From NCBI RefSeq assembly GCF_001647085.1, contig NZ_CP015520.1:1228219-1260218 (forward strand): a stretch of DNA of 32,000 bases, in the 5' to 3' direction. The translations under genes and the position numbers were made by a program. The number at the start of each line of letters is the position of its first letter. Position 1 is the first letter of the stretch. Below, piece by piece: positions 24,601-32,000 of the stretch. The notes beneath the pieces were generated by a model. The model did no database searches. It was not told the DNA's origin and saw nothing but the letters and a program-made list of their open reading frames with translations. This stretch comes from Thermococcus piezophilus. GTDB lineage: Archaea; Methanobacteriota_B; Thermococci; Thermococcales; Thermococcaceae.

Positions 24601-25872
24601 GACCCGAACGCTGACCTTGATCTGTACATATTCTACTTCCCGACTTACGAGGACCTAATGAACTTCACAAACTACACCCTCTACGATGAGCAGGTAGGCC
24701 CAACCTCCGACGAGGTATTTGAGAAGTTTATGCCAGAGCCGGGCTATTACTTCATCGCGGTTTACGGCTACGACACAGTTAACTACAATCCAATCCAGTA
24801 CGTCTTCTACTACCAGATACTCGGCGATAACGGCAACATCAGCGTTGATAGTACTCCGTTTACATTCACAGAAGGCACCAGCAAGACTATAAAAGCCACT
24901 GTAGAACTCAACAACTATGGAACTTACCTCGGAGTCATGGGTCTCGTCGATTCTGACACTGGTGAGGCTCTCACCTACGCGCCTATGATATTCCAAGTGG
25001 GCAGTCCAGAGATGTTTGTGGCAGTCTATTCAGAGGCCACGCTTGGCAAGCAGTCGGTGCTTAAGATTAAGCTCCTTGACCTTGCCACTATGCAGCTGAT
25101 AAACGCTCCAGCCAAAGTCATCGTGAACGGCAGGGAGTACTACACTGACAACGGTGAAGTGGATGTTTACTTCGTCCCACTTAAGTTTGAAGAGACCTTC
25201 AATATATACGTCATCAGTGACTACTACATGGACTACTCCGGAACATTTACGGTCAAAGTGAATGAACTCGCTGGCAATGAGGTTTACGATGCTACCCATA
25301 TAAAACCATACATCGCCACGGGACTTGGCAGTGTAACCAAGATCAATGTTTCGGACAGCGGCACGATGATAGGGATTACCGCTGAAGGCCCCAGCGGTAC
25401 GATTGGATATCTCCTAGTCACCCTTCCAGGTGACACCCAGTACGTCAAGGTCGCCGGCGATCATGTGCTCGAGTACTATATCCTTGAGGGCCAGAATGCA
25501 GTCTACACTATTGTCAAGGTCAGGTACGCATCCCCAGTTACAGTCACCATCGAGTACAAGACTGCCCGCTACATCGTCAGCACCTGGAACTACGTCTGGT
25601 ACATGCTCTACTGGAGGTACGACCAGAAGTTCGACCCACTCTACCAGAAGGCCGTCGAACTCGGTGTTGACAACGAGACCCTTCAAGAGGCCATGCGCTA
25701 CAAGGAGCTCGCCGACGAGTACTACGCAGAGGCAAAGAAGTACATGAACCCGTACAGAGAGAACCTCGCCGTTGCGGCACTTCCGTACGTCAGGAAGGCC
25801 TATCTCAACATCTTCAAGGCCTACACACTGCTCGAGGAGGCAGTTAACGAGATTGAAGGTTCCGAGGGCTGA
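21623..25872 (+). pseudogene. Pyrolysin-like subtilisin-family (S8) extracellular serine protease, about 1416 codons, interrupted by a 1-nt frameshift near 24062-24069
   Basis: AGGAGGTG RBS, ATG 21623 and signal peptide MNKKALSLLVAVVMLLSAIPATVSVLA. The catalytic residues are Asp in VAVLDTGID, His in HGHGTHVSGTVAG (with a long Asp-His insert, as in pyrolysin), Asn in AAGNEGP and Ser in SGTSMATPHVSG. After ...HYFVKVP, the ORF 21623..24277 frame becomes Ser/Pro/Arg-rich nonsense. The other frame is open from 24058 and reads ...TKELRVTLRIATDAEGNPIGRTTLFIARPLGEVV..., running into ORF 24427..25872 with no start codon before 24427. Confidence 0.88.
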
Positions 25873-25947
25873 TGCCCTCTTTCTTTCCTTAGTTTTTCCT
25901 ACCCAATGCTTTTAAACTGCCGCGCTTTTCTCCAACTGGTGACGCTC

Positions 25948-26247
25948 ATGATATACATCAAAGTTTATCGCGTTCAAGGGGAGGTTTTATTGGCTGCCTG
26001 CGACAAGGAACTCCTGGGGAAAACCTTTCGAGAGGGGAAACTCAAATTAGAGGTAAAAGAGCGCTTTTACAAGGGTGAACTCGTTGAGCTCGACACCTTA
26101 GAGGAGCTCCTTGAAGAGGCAACGATAGCCAATCTCGTCGGTGAGAGGTGCGTGGAGAAGGCCATAGAGCTGGGCTACGTCGACGAAAATCGCGTTTTGC
26201 GGATTGAAGGAGTACCCCACGCTCAGATGGCGAAGATGAAGTGGTGA
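25948..26247 (+). CDS. DUF424/COG2412 family protein (conserved archaeal, function unknown)
   Basis: This is ORF 25906..26247. The start is preferred at ATG 25948 (GGTGA 6 nt upstream), giving MIYIKVYRVQGEVLLAACDKELLGK..., the typical DUF424 N-terminus. Its stop overlaps the NMD3 start. Confidence 0.8.
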   Translation: MIYIKVYRVQGEVLLAACDKELLGKTFREGKLKLEVKERFYKGELVELDTLEELLEEATIANLVGERCVEKAIELGYVDENRVLRIEGVPHAQMAKMKW

Positions 26248-27419
26248 TGGCCATGAGTGAACGCTTCTGCTACCGCTGCGGGATAAGCGAGGAGGAGGGA
26301 GGTCCCCTCATCGAGGGCCTCTGCCAGGTATGCTTCCGGAAGGAGAATCCGGTTCTCCTCATGGAAGGAGAGATAAACACAGAGCTGTGCCAGAACTGTG
26401 GAAGCTACAAGAAAAGGGGAGTCTGGGTTGATCCAAGCATCTACGAGCTTGATGAGCTTATTTTCGAAGTTGCTGAGGGTGCTCTCCTTGAAGAGCTTGG
26501 GGATTCCCTCGATGAACGCGTGAGGAGCTTTGAAGTAGTTTCAATGGAAGAGCTCGAGGAGGTTGAAGAACTCCCGGTCGAAGGAGCCCTTGTGGCTTTC
26601 CAGCCGGTGGACTGGCACATCGAGTATTTCCCTGCTATAATAACCTACGAGGTTCGCGTTAAGGCCAGAATACACGAGCTCCAGCACGAGCTCCACGAGG
26701 AGACGAAGTACGTTACTGTCTACGTCCGCCAGACCGTCTGCCCTCGATGTCAGAAGTTCCTTGGGGGCTACTTTGAGGCGATTCTGCAGGTCAGAGCGGA
26801 GGATAGGCCTCTGACTGAAGAGGAACGCAAGATCATTGGGAAGCTCGTTGAGGAGAAGGTTGACGAGATAATGCGCAAGGACAGGATGGGTTTCATTCAG
26901 GACACACTAGAGAAGGAGGAGGGCCTCGATTTCTACATGGGCTCTACCTCAAGTGCAAGAAAACTCGCCCAGGCAATAAAGGAAAGGTTCGGGGGCACAA
27001 TAAGCGAGGCCTACGAGCTCGTTGGAATGGACAGACAGACGAGCAGGGAAGTTTACCGCACGAGTGTCAGTGTGAGAATTCCGAAGTTCCAGAAGGGGGA
27101 CATAGTCGAGGATAAGCATGGCAACGTTTATGAGGTCGAGAAGGTTGACAACAGAGGAATGAGCCTCAGGAACCTTTCGACCAATGAGAGCGAGCACCTG
27201 GACTGGAAGACTGTGAAGAGGGACGGCATAGACTGGGTGGATCACGAGGAGAGGGAGGCCATGGTAACTAGCATAACTCCGAACGAGGTTCAGCTGATGG
27301 ATATGGAAACCTATGAGACGTATGAGCTTGACAAGCCAGGCATTGATCTGAGGGAAGGTGAGATATACCGCATGGTGGAGGTCAGGGGCAGGAAGTACTT
27401 CCTTAGGAAGAAGGAGTGA
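26247..27419 (+). CDS. NMD3 family protein (archaeal homologue of the 60S subunit export adaptor)
   Basis: It has N-terminal Cys clusters: CYRCG...CQVC...CQNCGSY, and CPRCQ further downstream. The C-terminal region is OB/SH3-like. ATG 26247 overlaps the DUF424 TGA (gTGATGg); ATG 26253 is also possible. Confidence 0.9.
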   Translation: MAMSERFCYRCGISEEEGGPLIEGLCQVCFRKENPVLLMEGEINTELCQNCGSYKKRGVWVDPSIYELDELIFEVAEGALLEELGDSLDERVRSFEVVSMEELEEVEELPVEGALVAFQPVDWHIEYFPAIITYEVRVKARIHELQHELHEETKYVTVYVRQTVCPRCQKFLGGYFEAILQVRAEDRPLTEEERKIIGKLVEEKVDEIMRKDRMGFIQDTLEKEEGLDFYMGSTSSARKLAQAIKERFGGTISEAYELVGMDRQTSREVYRTSVSVRIPKFQKGDIVEDKHGNVYEVEKVDNRGMSLRNLSTNESEHLDWKTVKRDGIDWVDHEEREAMVTSITPNEVQLMDMETYETYELDKPGIDLREGEIYRMVEVRGRKYFLRKKE

Positions 27420-27478
27420 TCCGCTTTTGTCCGCCAACTTTTTTAACCGTAGGTTTTGAACCTCTTTTGGTGATTCTT

Positions 27479-28804
27479 ATGAAGAAGACAGTCGTTATCA
27501 TAGGTGGTGGAGCAGCTGGAATGAGCGCTGCATCTCGCATCAAGCGCCTGAAGCCGGAATGGGACGTTAAGGTCTTTGAAGCAACAGAATGGGTCAGCCA
27601 TGCTCCCTGTGGAGTTCCATACGTGGTAGAAGGAATCTCACCGAAGGAGAAGCTTATGCACTATCCACCGGAGGTTTTCATTAAGAAGCGTGGCATAGAC
27701 CTTCACATGAAGGCAGAGGTAATAGAGGTCGAAGAGGGTTCTGTGAGGGTTCGCGAGGAAGACGGAGAACACACCTACGAGTGGGATTACCTCGTCTTCG
27801 CCAACGGTGCCTCTCCTCAGGTCCCGCCCATAGAGGGAACCGAGCTTGGGGGGGTTTTCACCGCAGATTTGCCACTCGATGCCGTCGCCATAAGAGAGTA
27901 CCTTGAGAAGAACGACGTTAAAAACGTCGTCGTCATTGGAACTGGTTACATCGCTCTGGAGATGGCCGAGGCTTTCGTCGCCCAGGACAAGAACGTAACA
28001 CTCATCGGGCGGAGCGAGAGGATTCTGAGAAAGACCTTTGACAAGGAGATAACCAACATCGTTGAGGAGAAGCTTAAGAAGCATTTAAACCTCCGCCTCC
28101 AGGAGCTGACAATACGCATAGAAGGCGATGGAAAGGTCAAGAAAGTGGTAACTGATACCGCTGAATATCCAGCGGATCTCGTAATAATTGCCACGGGCAT
28201 AAAGCCAAACACCGAGCTCGCAAGGAAGCTGGGAGTGAAGATAGGTGAGGCTGGTGCCATATGGACGAATGAGAGAATGCAGACGAGCGTTGAGAACGTT
28301 TACGCTGCCGGGGATGTGGCAGAGACAAGGCACATAATAACTGGCAGGCACGTCTGGATTCCGCTCGCCCCGGCAGGAAACAAGATGGGCTACGTCGCTG
28401 GAAGCAACATAGCCGGAAAGGAGATAAGCTTCCCCGGCGTCCTGGGAACGAGCATAACCAAGTTCCTTGATCTCGAGATTGGAAAGACCGGCCTCACCGA
28501 GGCTGAGGCAATAAAAGAGGGCTATGATGTCAGGACAGCCGTCATAAAGGCCAGGACAAAGCCCCACTACTACCCCGGCGGAAGGGAGATCCACCTCAAG
28601 GGCGTTGTTGACAACGAAACCAATAGGCTGCTCGGCGTTCAGGCGGTGGGTGCAGAGATACTGCCAAGGATTGACGCTGCAGCGGCCATGATTCAGGCTG
28701 GCTTCACAACCAAAGATGTCTTCTTCACAGATCTGGCCTACGCTCCACCGTTCGCCCCGGTTTGGGACCCGCTGATCGTTCTCGCAAGAGTTCTTAAGTT
28801 CTGA
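27479..28804 (+). CDS. cdr: CoA-disulfide reductase / NAD(P)H sulfur oxidoreductase (pyridine nucleotide-disulfide oxidoreductase)
   Basis: This is ORF 27416..28804. The true start is ATG 27479 (GGTGAT RBS), giving [52 protein letters not shown]. The product is almost colinear with Pyrococcus CoADR (PH0572/PF1186) as I recall it. It has the single redox Cys in SHAPCG, a second dinucleotide fold [12 protein letters not shown], and AAGDVAE. Confidence 0.93.
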   Translation: MKKTVVIIGGGAAGMSAASRIKRLKPEWDVKVFEATEWVSHAPCGVPYVVEGISPKEKLMHYPPEVFIKKRGIDLHMKAEVIEVEEGSVRVREEDGEHTYEWDYLVFANGASPQVPPIEGTELGGVFTADLPLDAVAIREYLEKNDVKNVVVIGTGYIALEMAEAFVAQDKNVTLIGRSERILRKTFDKEITNIVEEKLKKHLNLRLQELTIRIEGDGKVKKVVTDTAEYPADLVIIATGIKPNTELARKLGVKIGEAGAIWTNERMQTSVENVYAAGDVAETRHIITGRHVWIPLAPAGNKMGYVAGSNIAGKEISFPGVLGTSITKFLDLEIGKTGLTEAEAIKEGYDVRTAVIKARTKPHYYPGGREIHLKGVVDNETNRLLGVQAVGAEILPRIDAAAAMIQAGFTTKDVFFTDLAYAPPFAPVWDPLIVLARVLKF

Positions 28805-28810
28805 AGCTTC

Positions 28811-28828
28811 TTTTTTACAGCTCTTTTT
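28811..28828 (+). terminator. Oligo-T termination signal downstream of cdr
   Basis: A T6 run (28811-28816) and a T5 run (28824-28828) directly follow the cdr TGA (28802-28804). Oligo-T tracts are the known intrinsic archaeal termination signal. Confidence 0.5.
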
Positions 28829-30070
28829 ACCTCATTAGCAGCAGCACGCTCCCACCCAAAAGGGCCACCCCGAGGCCAAAGGTCATGTCAAAGCCGAAGG
28901 CCGAGACGACATATCCGCCAAGGGCACTCCCGGCTATGTATCCTGCTGAGCTTATCACGTTGTAGGTTCCCATGGCACTTCCATTTTCCTTTTCACCGGC
29001 CTTTTCACTAACTATGGCCGTCGATGAGACGCCTATGAAGGTCCAGGAGTAGCCAGCCAGAGCGTATGAGACGAACGCCAGGGGGAGCAGTGCTGGAGAG
29101 ACCAGCGCGCCGGCAGTGATTGCTACGAACGCCCCTGTCCTGAGAAGGAGGCCTTTTCTGAGCGTTCCTTCCTTGTTTTCACCCATGCTCATTCCGACGC
29201 GGGTGTAGTTGAGGGCTGCTATGGTTGAGTTGACGATCAGGGCAAGGTAGATGAGCTCCTTCGTGTAGCCGCTCTCCGTAAGGAGCACAGGAACCTGCGG
29301 GAAATACAGTCCTGCCGCTATCCAGAAGAGTAGGAACGAGATGTAGAACCTTTTCAGACCATTTGGAAGGCTGAAGTTGGTGTGGAGGATGAAGTTCGGG
29401 AAGTATCGGGCTTTTTCAATGACGTAGTTGCAAAAGGCCCGTATCGCCTTCCTGTTGACGTATATCGGGACCTCGCGTATCATCCTTTGGGCCATGAACA
29501 CTGAGGGCAGGCATAGGAGGGCAAAGGCCATGAACAGCTGGGGAATCGTGAGGAACCTTGAGAGGCCAAAGCCGAGAACTAGACCGAGCATCCAGCCCCA
29601 GCCGCTTATCTCGTTGAACTTCCCTATACCGTAGTCCCAGCTGTGCTTTCTGACGCTTCTTAAAACTAGGGCTATCGGCACGGAAAGCGTCGATGCAAGG
29701 AAGAATGTGTAGGCGGTGTTTATTGCTGTGAGCTGTGCAGGAGTTCTCGCCAGTGCCATCAGCGTTAGGAAGAGTGGCACGCTCGCGAAGCCGAGCAGTA
29801 TAAAGGGCTTCCTTCTCAGGGTCTTATCGCTGAGCTTTCCCCAGAATAAAGCGCCGAGCATTGAGGCTAAACTAGCAAGGGCGAAAGTTAAGCCAAGGTC
29901 GAGGCGTTCCCGCCAAGCTCAAGGAGGTAGAGGCTGACCAAGGCGGAGCCTCCACCTGTGGCTACCTTGAAGGGCACGAAGGAGTAAAACCACCGCGGCA
30001 TCCTGGGGACGTAGCGGTAGCGGTTCGAGACCATTGCGTTTCTAACCGCAACCGAAACTCTCTGACTCAT
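28827..30070 (-). pseudogene. MFS transporter interrupted by a 1-nt frameshift at about 29895-29912
   Basis: ORF 29888..30070 gives MSQRVS...GGGSALVSLYLLELGGNASTLA*. ORF 28827..29861 is in another frame, which is open back to 29918 and reads ...LDLGLTFALASLASMLGALFWGKLSDKTLRRKPFILLG (MFS motif A, G-x-L-S-D-x-x-x-R-R). Together they form one gene of about 414 codons. The TATA-like TTTTTAAA (minus strand) lies at about 30105-30115. Confidence 0.85.
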
Positions 30071-30194
30071 TTTCTCACCTTGAGGCCTTCGGGAGTCGCT
30101 TTCGGTTTAAAAAGATTTGTGACGCGGAGACGGCTATGATGTCCGGAATTGTTCATTGAATATGTGTGGAAGAAACGACAAAAGAAGAAAACCC

Positions 30195-30473
30195 TCAAGG
30201 TTCAACGACGTACTTCTTGCTCTCGTTGGAGAATCCCCTGAAGCAGCCAAGCTTCAGCTGGAGCACTGCCTTTTCGACGTTCACAACCTTCATCGAGGCT
30301 ATGTGCGTTACCCCTGTGCCCTTAAAGAACTCTAGAAGAACCTGGCCCGTTGGATGGTCAAGCAGCATGTCGATGGTTCCGTTCAGGATGCAGGTTGCAC
30401 TTGCCATTACTGCATCGACTTCTGGCAGAAGCCAGTACTTCAGCGAGTCGCTCAGTGTTTCGTTTACGGACAA
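30195..30473 (-). CDS. Small hypothetical protein (70-92 aa)
   Basis: The codon usage is protein-like and GC3-rich: ...MASATCILNGTIDMLLDHPTGQVLLEFFKGTGVTHIASMKVVNVEKAVLQLKLGCFRGFSNESKKYVVEP. The overlapping plus-strand extension of ORF 30166..31311 is Ser/Thr-rich nonsense. The start is uncertain: TTG 30473 directly follows a TAA, and ATG 30407 is the alternative. I recognise no family. Confidence 0.5.
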   Translation of the reverse strand: MSVNETLSDSLKYWLLPEVDAVMASATCILNGTIDMLLDHPTGQVLLEFFKGTGVTHIASMKVVNVEKAVLQLKLGCFRGFSNESKKYVVEP

Positions 30474-30519
30474 TTATGCCAAAAAGCTTAAATCCTCTTT
30501 CATATGTAAGATTCACTGT

Positions 30520-31311
30520 ATGGAGCGGAAACTTATCGCGGCATTCATCCTGTGCATCCTCTTTACGGCTCTGCCCTTCGTGGTTAAATGGGGAGAGGGA
30601 AGGCTCTCGAGCACCATCTCAGTTCTTCCGTCTAATTCCTCGATAATAGCATCAAACGGAGTCATCTACGCTGGATCTGCAGTTTCTCATGAGGGTTCCG
30701 ATTTGCTCTGTGTGGTTCCAGCTGAGGCCTACGTTCCTGAGCCGGGGACGGAGGTTATCCTTAATGTTACCGTGAAGTTCAAACACGCCCAGCCCTGTCC
30801 GTACTCTGATTGGGAGATAGTTACGGAGAATCCCGAAAACGTTGAGGTCATCAACGAGACTGAGACGGAGCTCCTTGATCCGTACACAGCTTTCAGGCAG
30901 TACGCCGTCAGAGTTCTCGACAACGGCACCCTTGACGTCGTATTTAAATACGGCAGTGGCTGTCCTTACGGTACTGAGGAAAGGGTAACCATCGGGTTCT
31001 ACATAGGACAGCCCCCAGAGGATATCAATCTCACCGTGACGAATCCCGAGGAACTGTTCAACATCACGACTATGAACATCACCGGCATCGTCGAGGAGAT
31101 CAACTTGGTCGATCGCTACTTCGTCGTGGATGGGAAGGCGATATGGGTGAGGGGCAGGTGGACGGGACCAAACGGGGTTGAATACACCTGGAAGGACATG
31201 CTTCTCCTTCTCCACGTTGGGGAGAGGGTCGAAGTCCTCGCGAGCTATGAAACTGGCGAGCTGAAGGCCGACGTCATAATCATAAACGGCCAGAGGTTTG
31301 TAAGGAGGTAG
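30520..31311 (+). CDS. Hypothetical secreted or membrane-anchored protein, rich in N-glycosylation sequons
   Basis: This is ORF 30166..31311. The true start is probably ATG 30520, giving MERKLIAAFILCILFTALPFVV (signal/anchor). A TATA-like element sits in aaaaagcttaaat at 30481-30493. It has at least 7 N-x-S/T sequons (NSS, NVT, NET, NGT, NLT, NIT, NIT). The C-terminal segment VDGKAIWVRGRWTGPNGVEYTW...VEVLASYETGELKADVIIINGQRF looks like a small beta-barrel/OB-like domain. Confidence 0.7.
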   Translation: MERKLIAAFILCILFTALPFVVKWGEGRLSSTISVLPSNSSIIASNGVIYAGSAVSHEGSDLLCVVPAEAYVPEPGTEVILNVTVKFKHAQPCPYSDWEIVTENPENVEVINETETELLDPYTAFRQYAVRVLDNGTLDVVFKYGSGCPYGTEERVTIGFYIGQPPEDINLTVTNPEELFNITTMNITGIVEEINLVDRYFVVDGKAIWVRGRWTGPNGVEYTWKDMLLLLHVGERVEVLASYETGELKADVIIINGQRFVRR

Positions 31312-31315
31312 TGCT

Positions 31316-31555
31316 ATGAGTTATAAACTGAGAATGTGGGTCTCGCTGACGCTCTTCGTCCTGTGGCTGATTACGGGGATAACTGGAATTATTCTGCTCA
31401 TTGGTCCTCTTGCGGCCCAGCTTGGGTTCAACCTGCCCGTTGATCTGGCGGATACGCTTCATACTTACCTTGGCTTCGCCTTCTTCGGGCTGTCTTTTGT
31501 CCACATAGCAATCAACTGGTCGGCGATGAAGGCTTACTTCAGGAAGCTCCGCTAG
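31316..31555 (+). CDS. DUF4405-like small membrane protein (2 TM)
   Basis: 79 aa. An AGGAGGT RBS lies inside the end of the upstream gene, and the ATG is 4 nt after its stop. The sequence has TM1, then HTYLGFAFFGLSFVHIAINWSAMKAYF, which fits the H-x3-G...H-x3-N-W pattern of DUF4405. Confidence 0.7.
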   Translation: MSYKLRMWVSLTLFVLWLITGITGIILLIGPLAAQLGFNLPVDLADTLHTYLGFAFFGLSFVHIAINWSAMKAYFRKLR

Positions 31556-31602
31556 TGAGCAAAGTTTATACGCTTTTAGGTTAACCTAATTCGGGTGATG
31601 AC

Positions 31603-32000
31603 ATGATAGCCTTTGGTCCTGTTCCTTCGAGACGGTTAGGAAAGAGCCTCGGAGTGAACAATATTCCAGATAAAGTCTGTTCTTATGCCTGCATCTACTG
31701 TCAGATTGGGAGAACCGTTAGGATGGAGTCGAGAGGAGGCCCTTCTACTGGCCCTCCTTCATAGTTAGAGGAGGTCCGCAAGAAGGTTGAGGCCGCCGAA
31801 GAGAGGGGCGAGAGAATCGACTATATAACCTTCGTGCCCGACGGCGAGCTGACCATCAACTCTAACCTCGGGAAGGAAATAGGGCTTTTGAAAGACCTTG
31901 GGATTCCGCTCGCGGTACTCACGAACTCGTCGCTAATATGGCGTGATGACGTAAGGGAGGAGCTGTCCCAACTCAATTTCGTTTCGTTAAAGCTCGACGC
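31603..32000 (+). pseudogene. Radical SAM protein (COG0731-like) with an in-frame TAG at 31762-31764. The 3' end lies outside the window.
   Basis: GGGTGATG RBS and ATG 31603. The product [38 protein letters not shown] carries the CxxxCxxC cluster motif. The same frame hits TAG after ...[14 protein letters not shown], then continues LEEVRKKVEAAEERGERIDYITFVPDGELTINSNLGKEIGLLKDLGIPLAVLTNSS... to the window end. Confidence 0.8.

Noticed and set aside
31762-31764. TAG as a recoded (pyrrolysine) codon in the radical-SAM gene
   Set aside because: Pyrrolysine machinery is not known in Thermococcales. The neighbouring ~40 nt read correctly only in another frame, which points to indels rather than recoding.

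Overview
The window looks like chromosomal DNA from a Thermococcus-type hyperthermophilic archaeon. Supporting signs are G+C just above 50% by eye, GGTGA-like ribosome-binding sites, A/T-rich TATA boxes, frequent stop/start overlaps and very high similarity to Pyrococcus/Thermococcus proteins I recall. Positions 1-9478 are a conserved housekeeping block: a partial NSS transporter, an orphan C/D-box sRNA, gdhA, an unusual AdkA-like/NDT-like fusion protein, then a tightly coupled psmB-fttA(aCPSF1)-threonine-synthase-like operon, a small membrane protein and rpiA. From memory, the gdhA/hypothetical/psmB/fttA order matches T. kodakarensis TK1431-TK1428. Positions 9480-12242 are a sharply AT-rich islet (about 30% G+C by eye) built around tRNA-Leu(CAA). 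It carries only broken genes: a NERD-like nuclease with a perfect 21-bp in-frame tandem repeat, a possible transglutaminase-like remnant and a small frameshifted ORF. I found no integrase and no att duplication. The rest of the window holds upp, a MATE transporter and ppsA. Next comes a four-gene translationally coupled membrane operon: an anchored beta-rich protein, two Wzy-like paralogues and an ArnT/PMT_2-type GT-C glycosyltransferase. This operon is divergent from a roughly 1416-codon pyrolysin-like protease that is split by a frameshift. Downstream are DUF424-NMD3, CoA-disulfide reductase, a frameshifted MFS transporter, a small hypothetical gene, a secreted sequon-rich protein with a DUF4405 membrane partner, and a partial radical-SAM gene with an in-frame TAG. 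The best candidates for undescribed biology are (i) the membrane glycan-polymerase-like operon, (ii) the threonine-synthase-like protein with its PLP lysine replaced by Arg and a C-terminal PadR-like wHTH, (iii) the AdkA-like/NDT-like fusion and (iv) the decayed tRNA-associated islet. No CRISPR array or rRNA was seen. All functional calls rest on motif recognition from memory, because no searches could be run.
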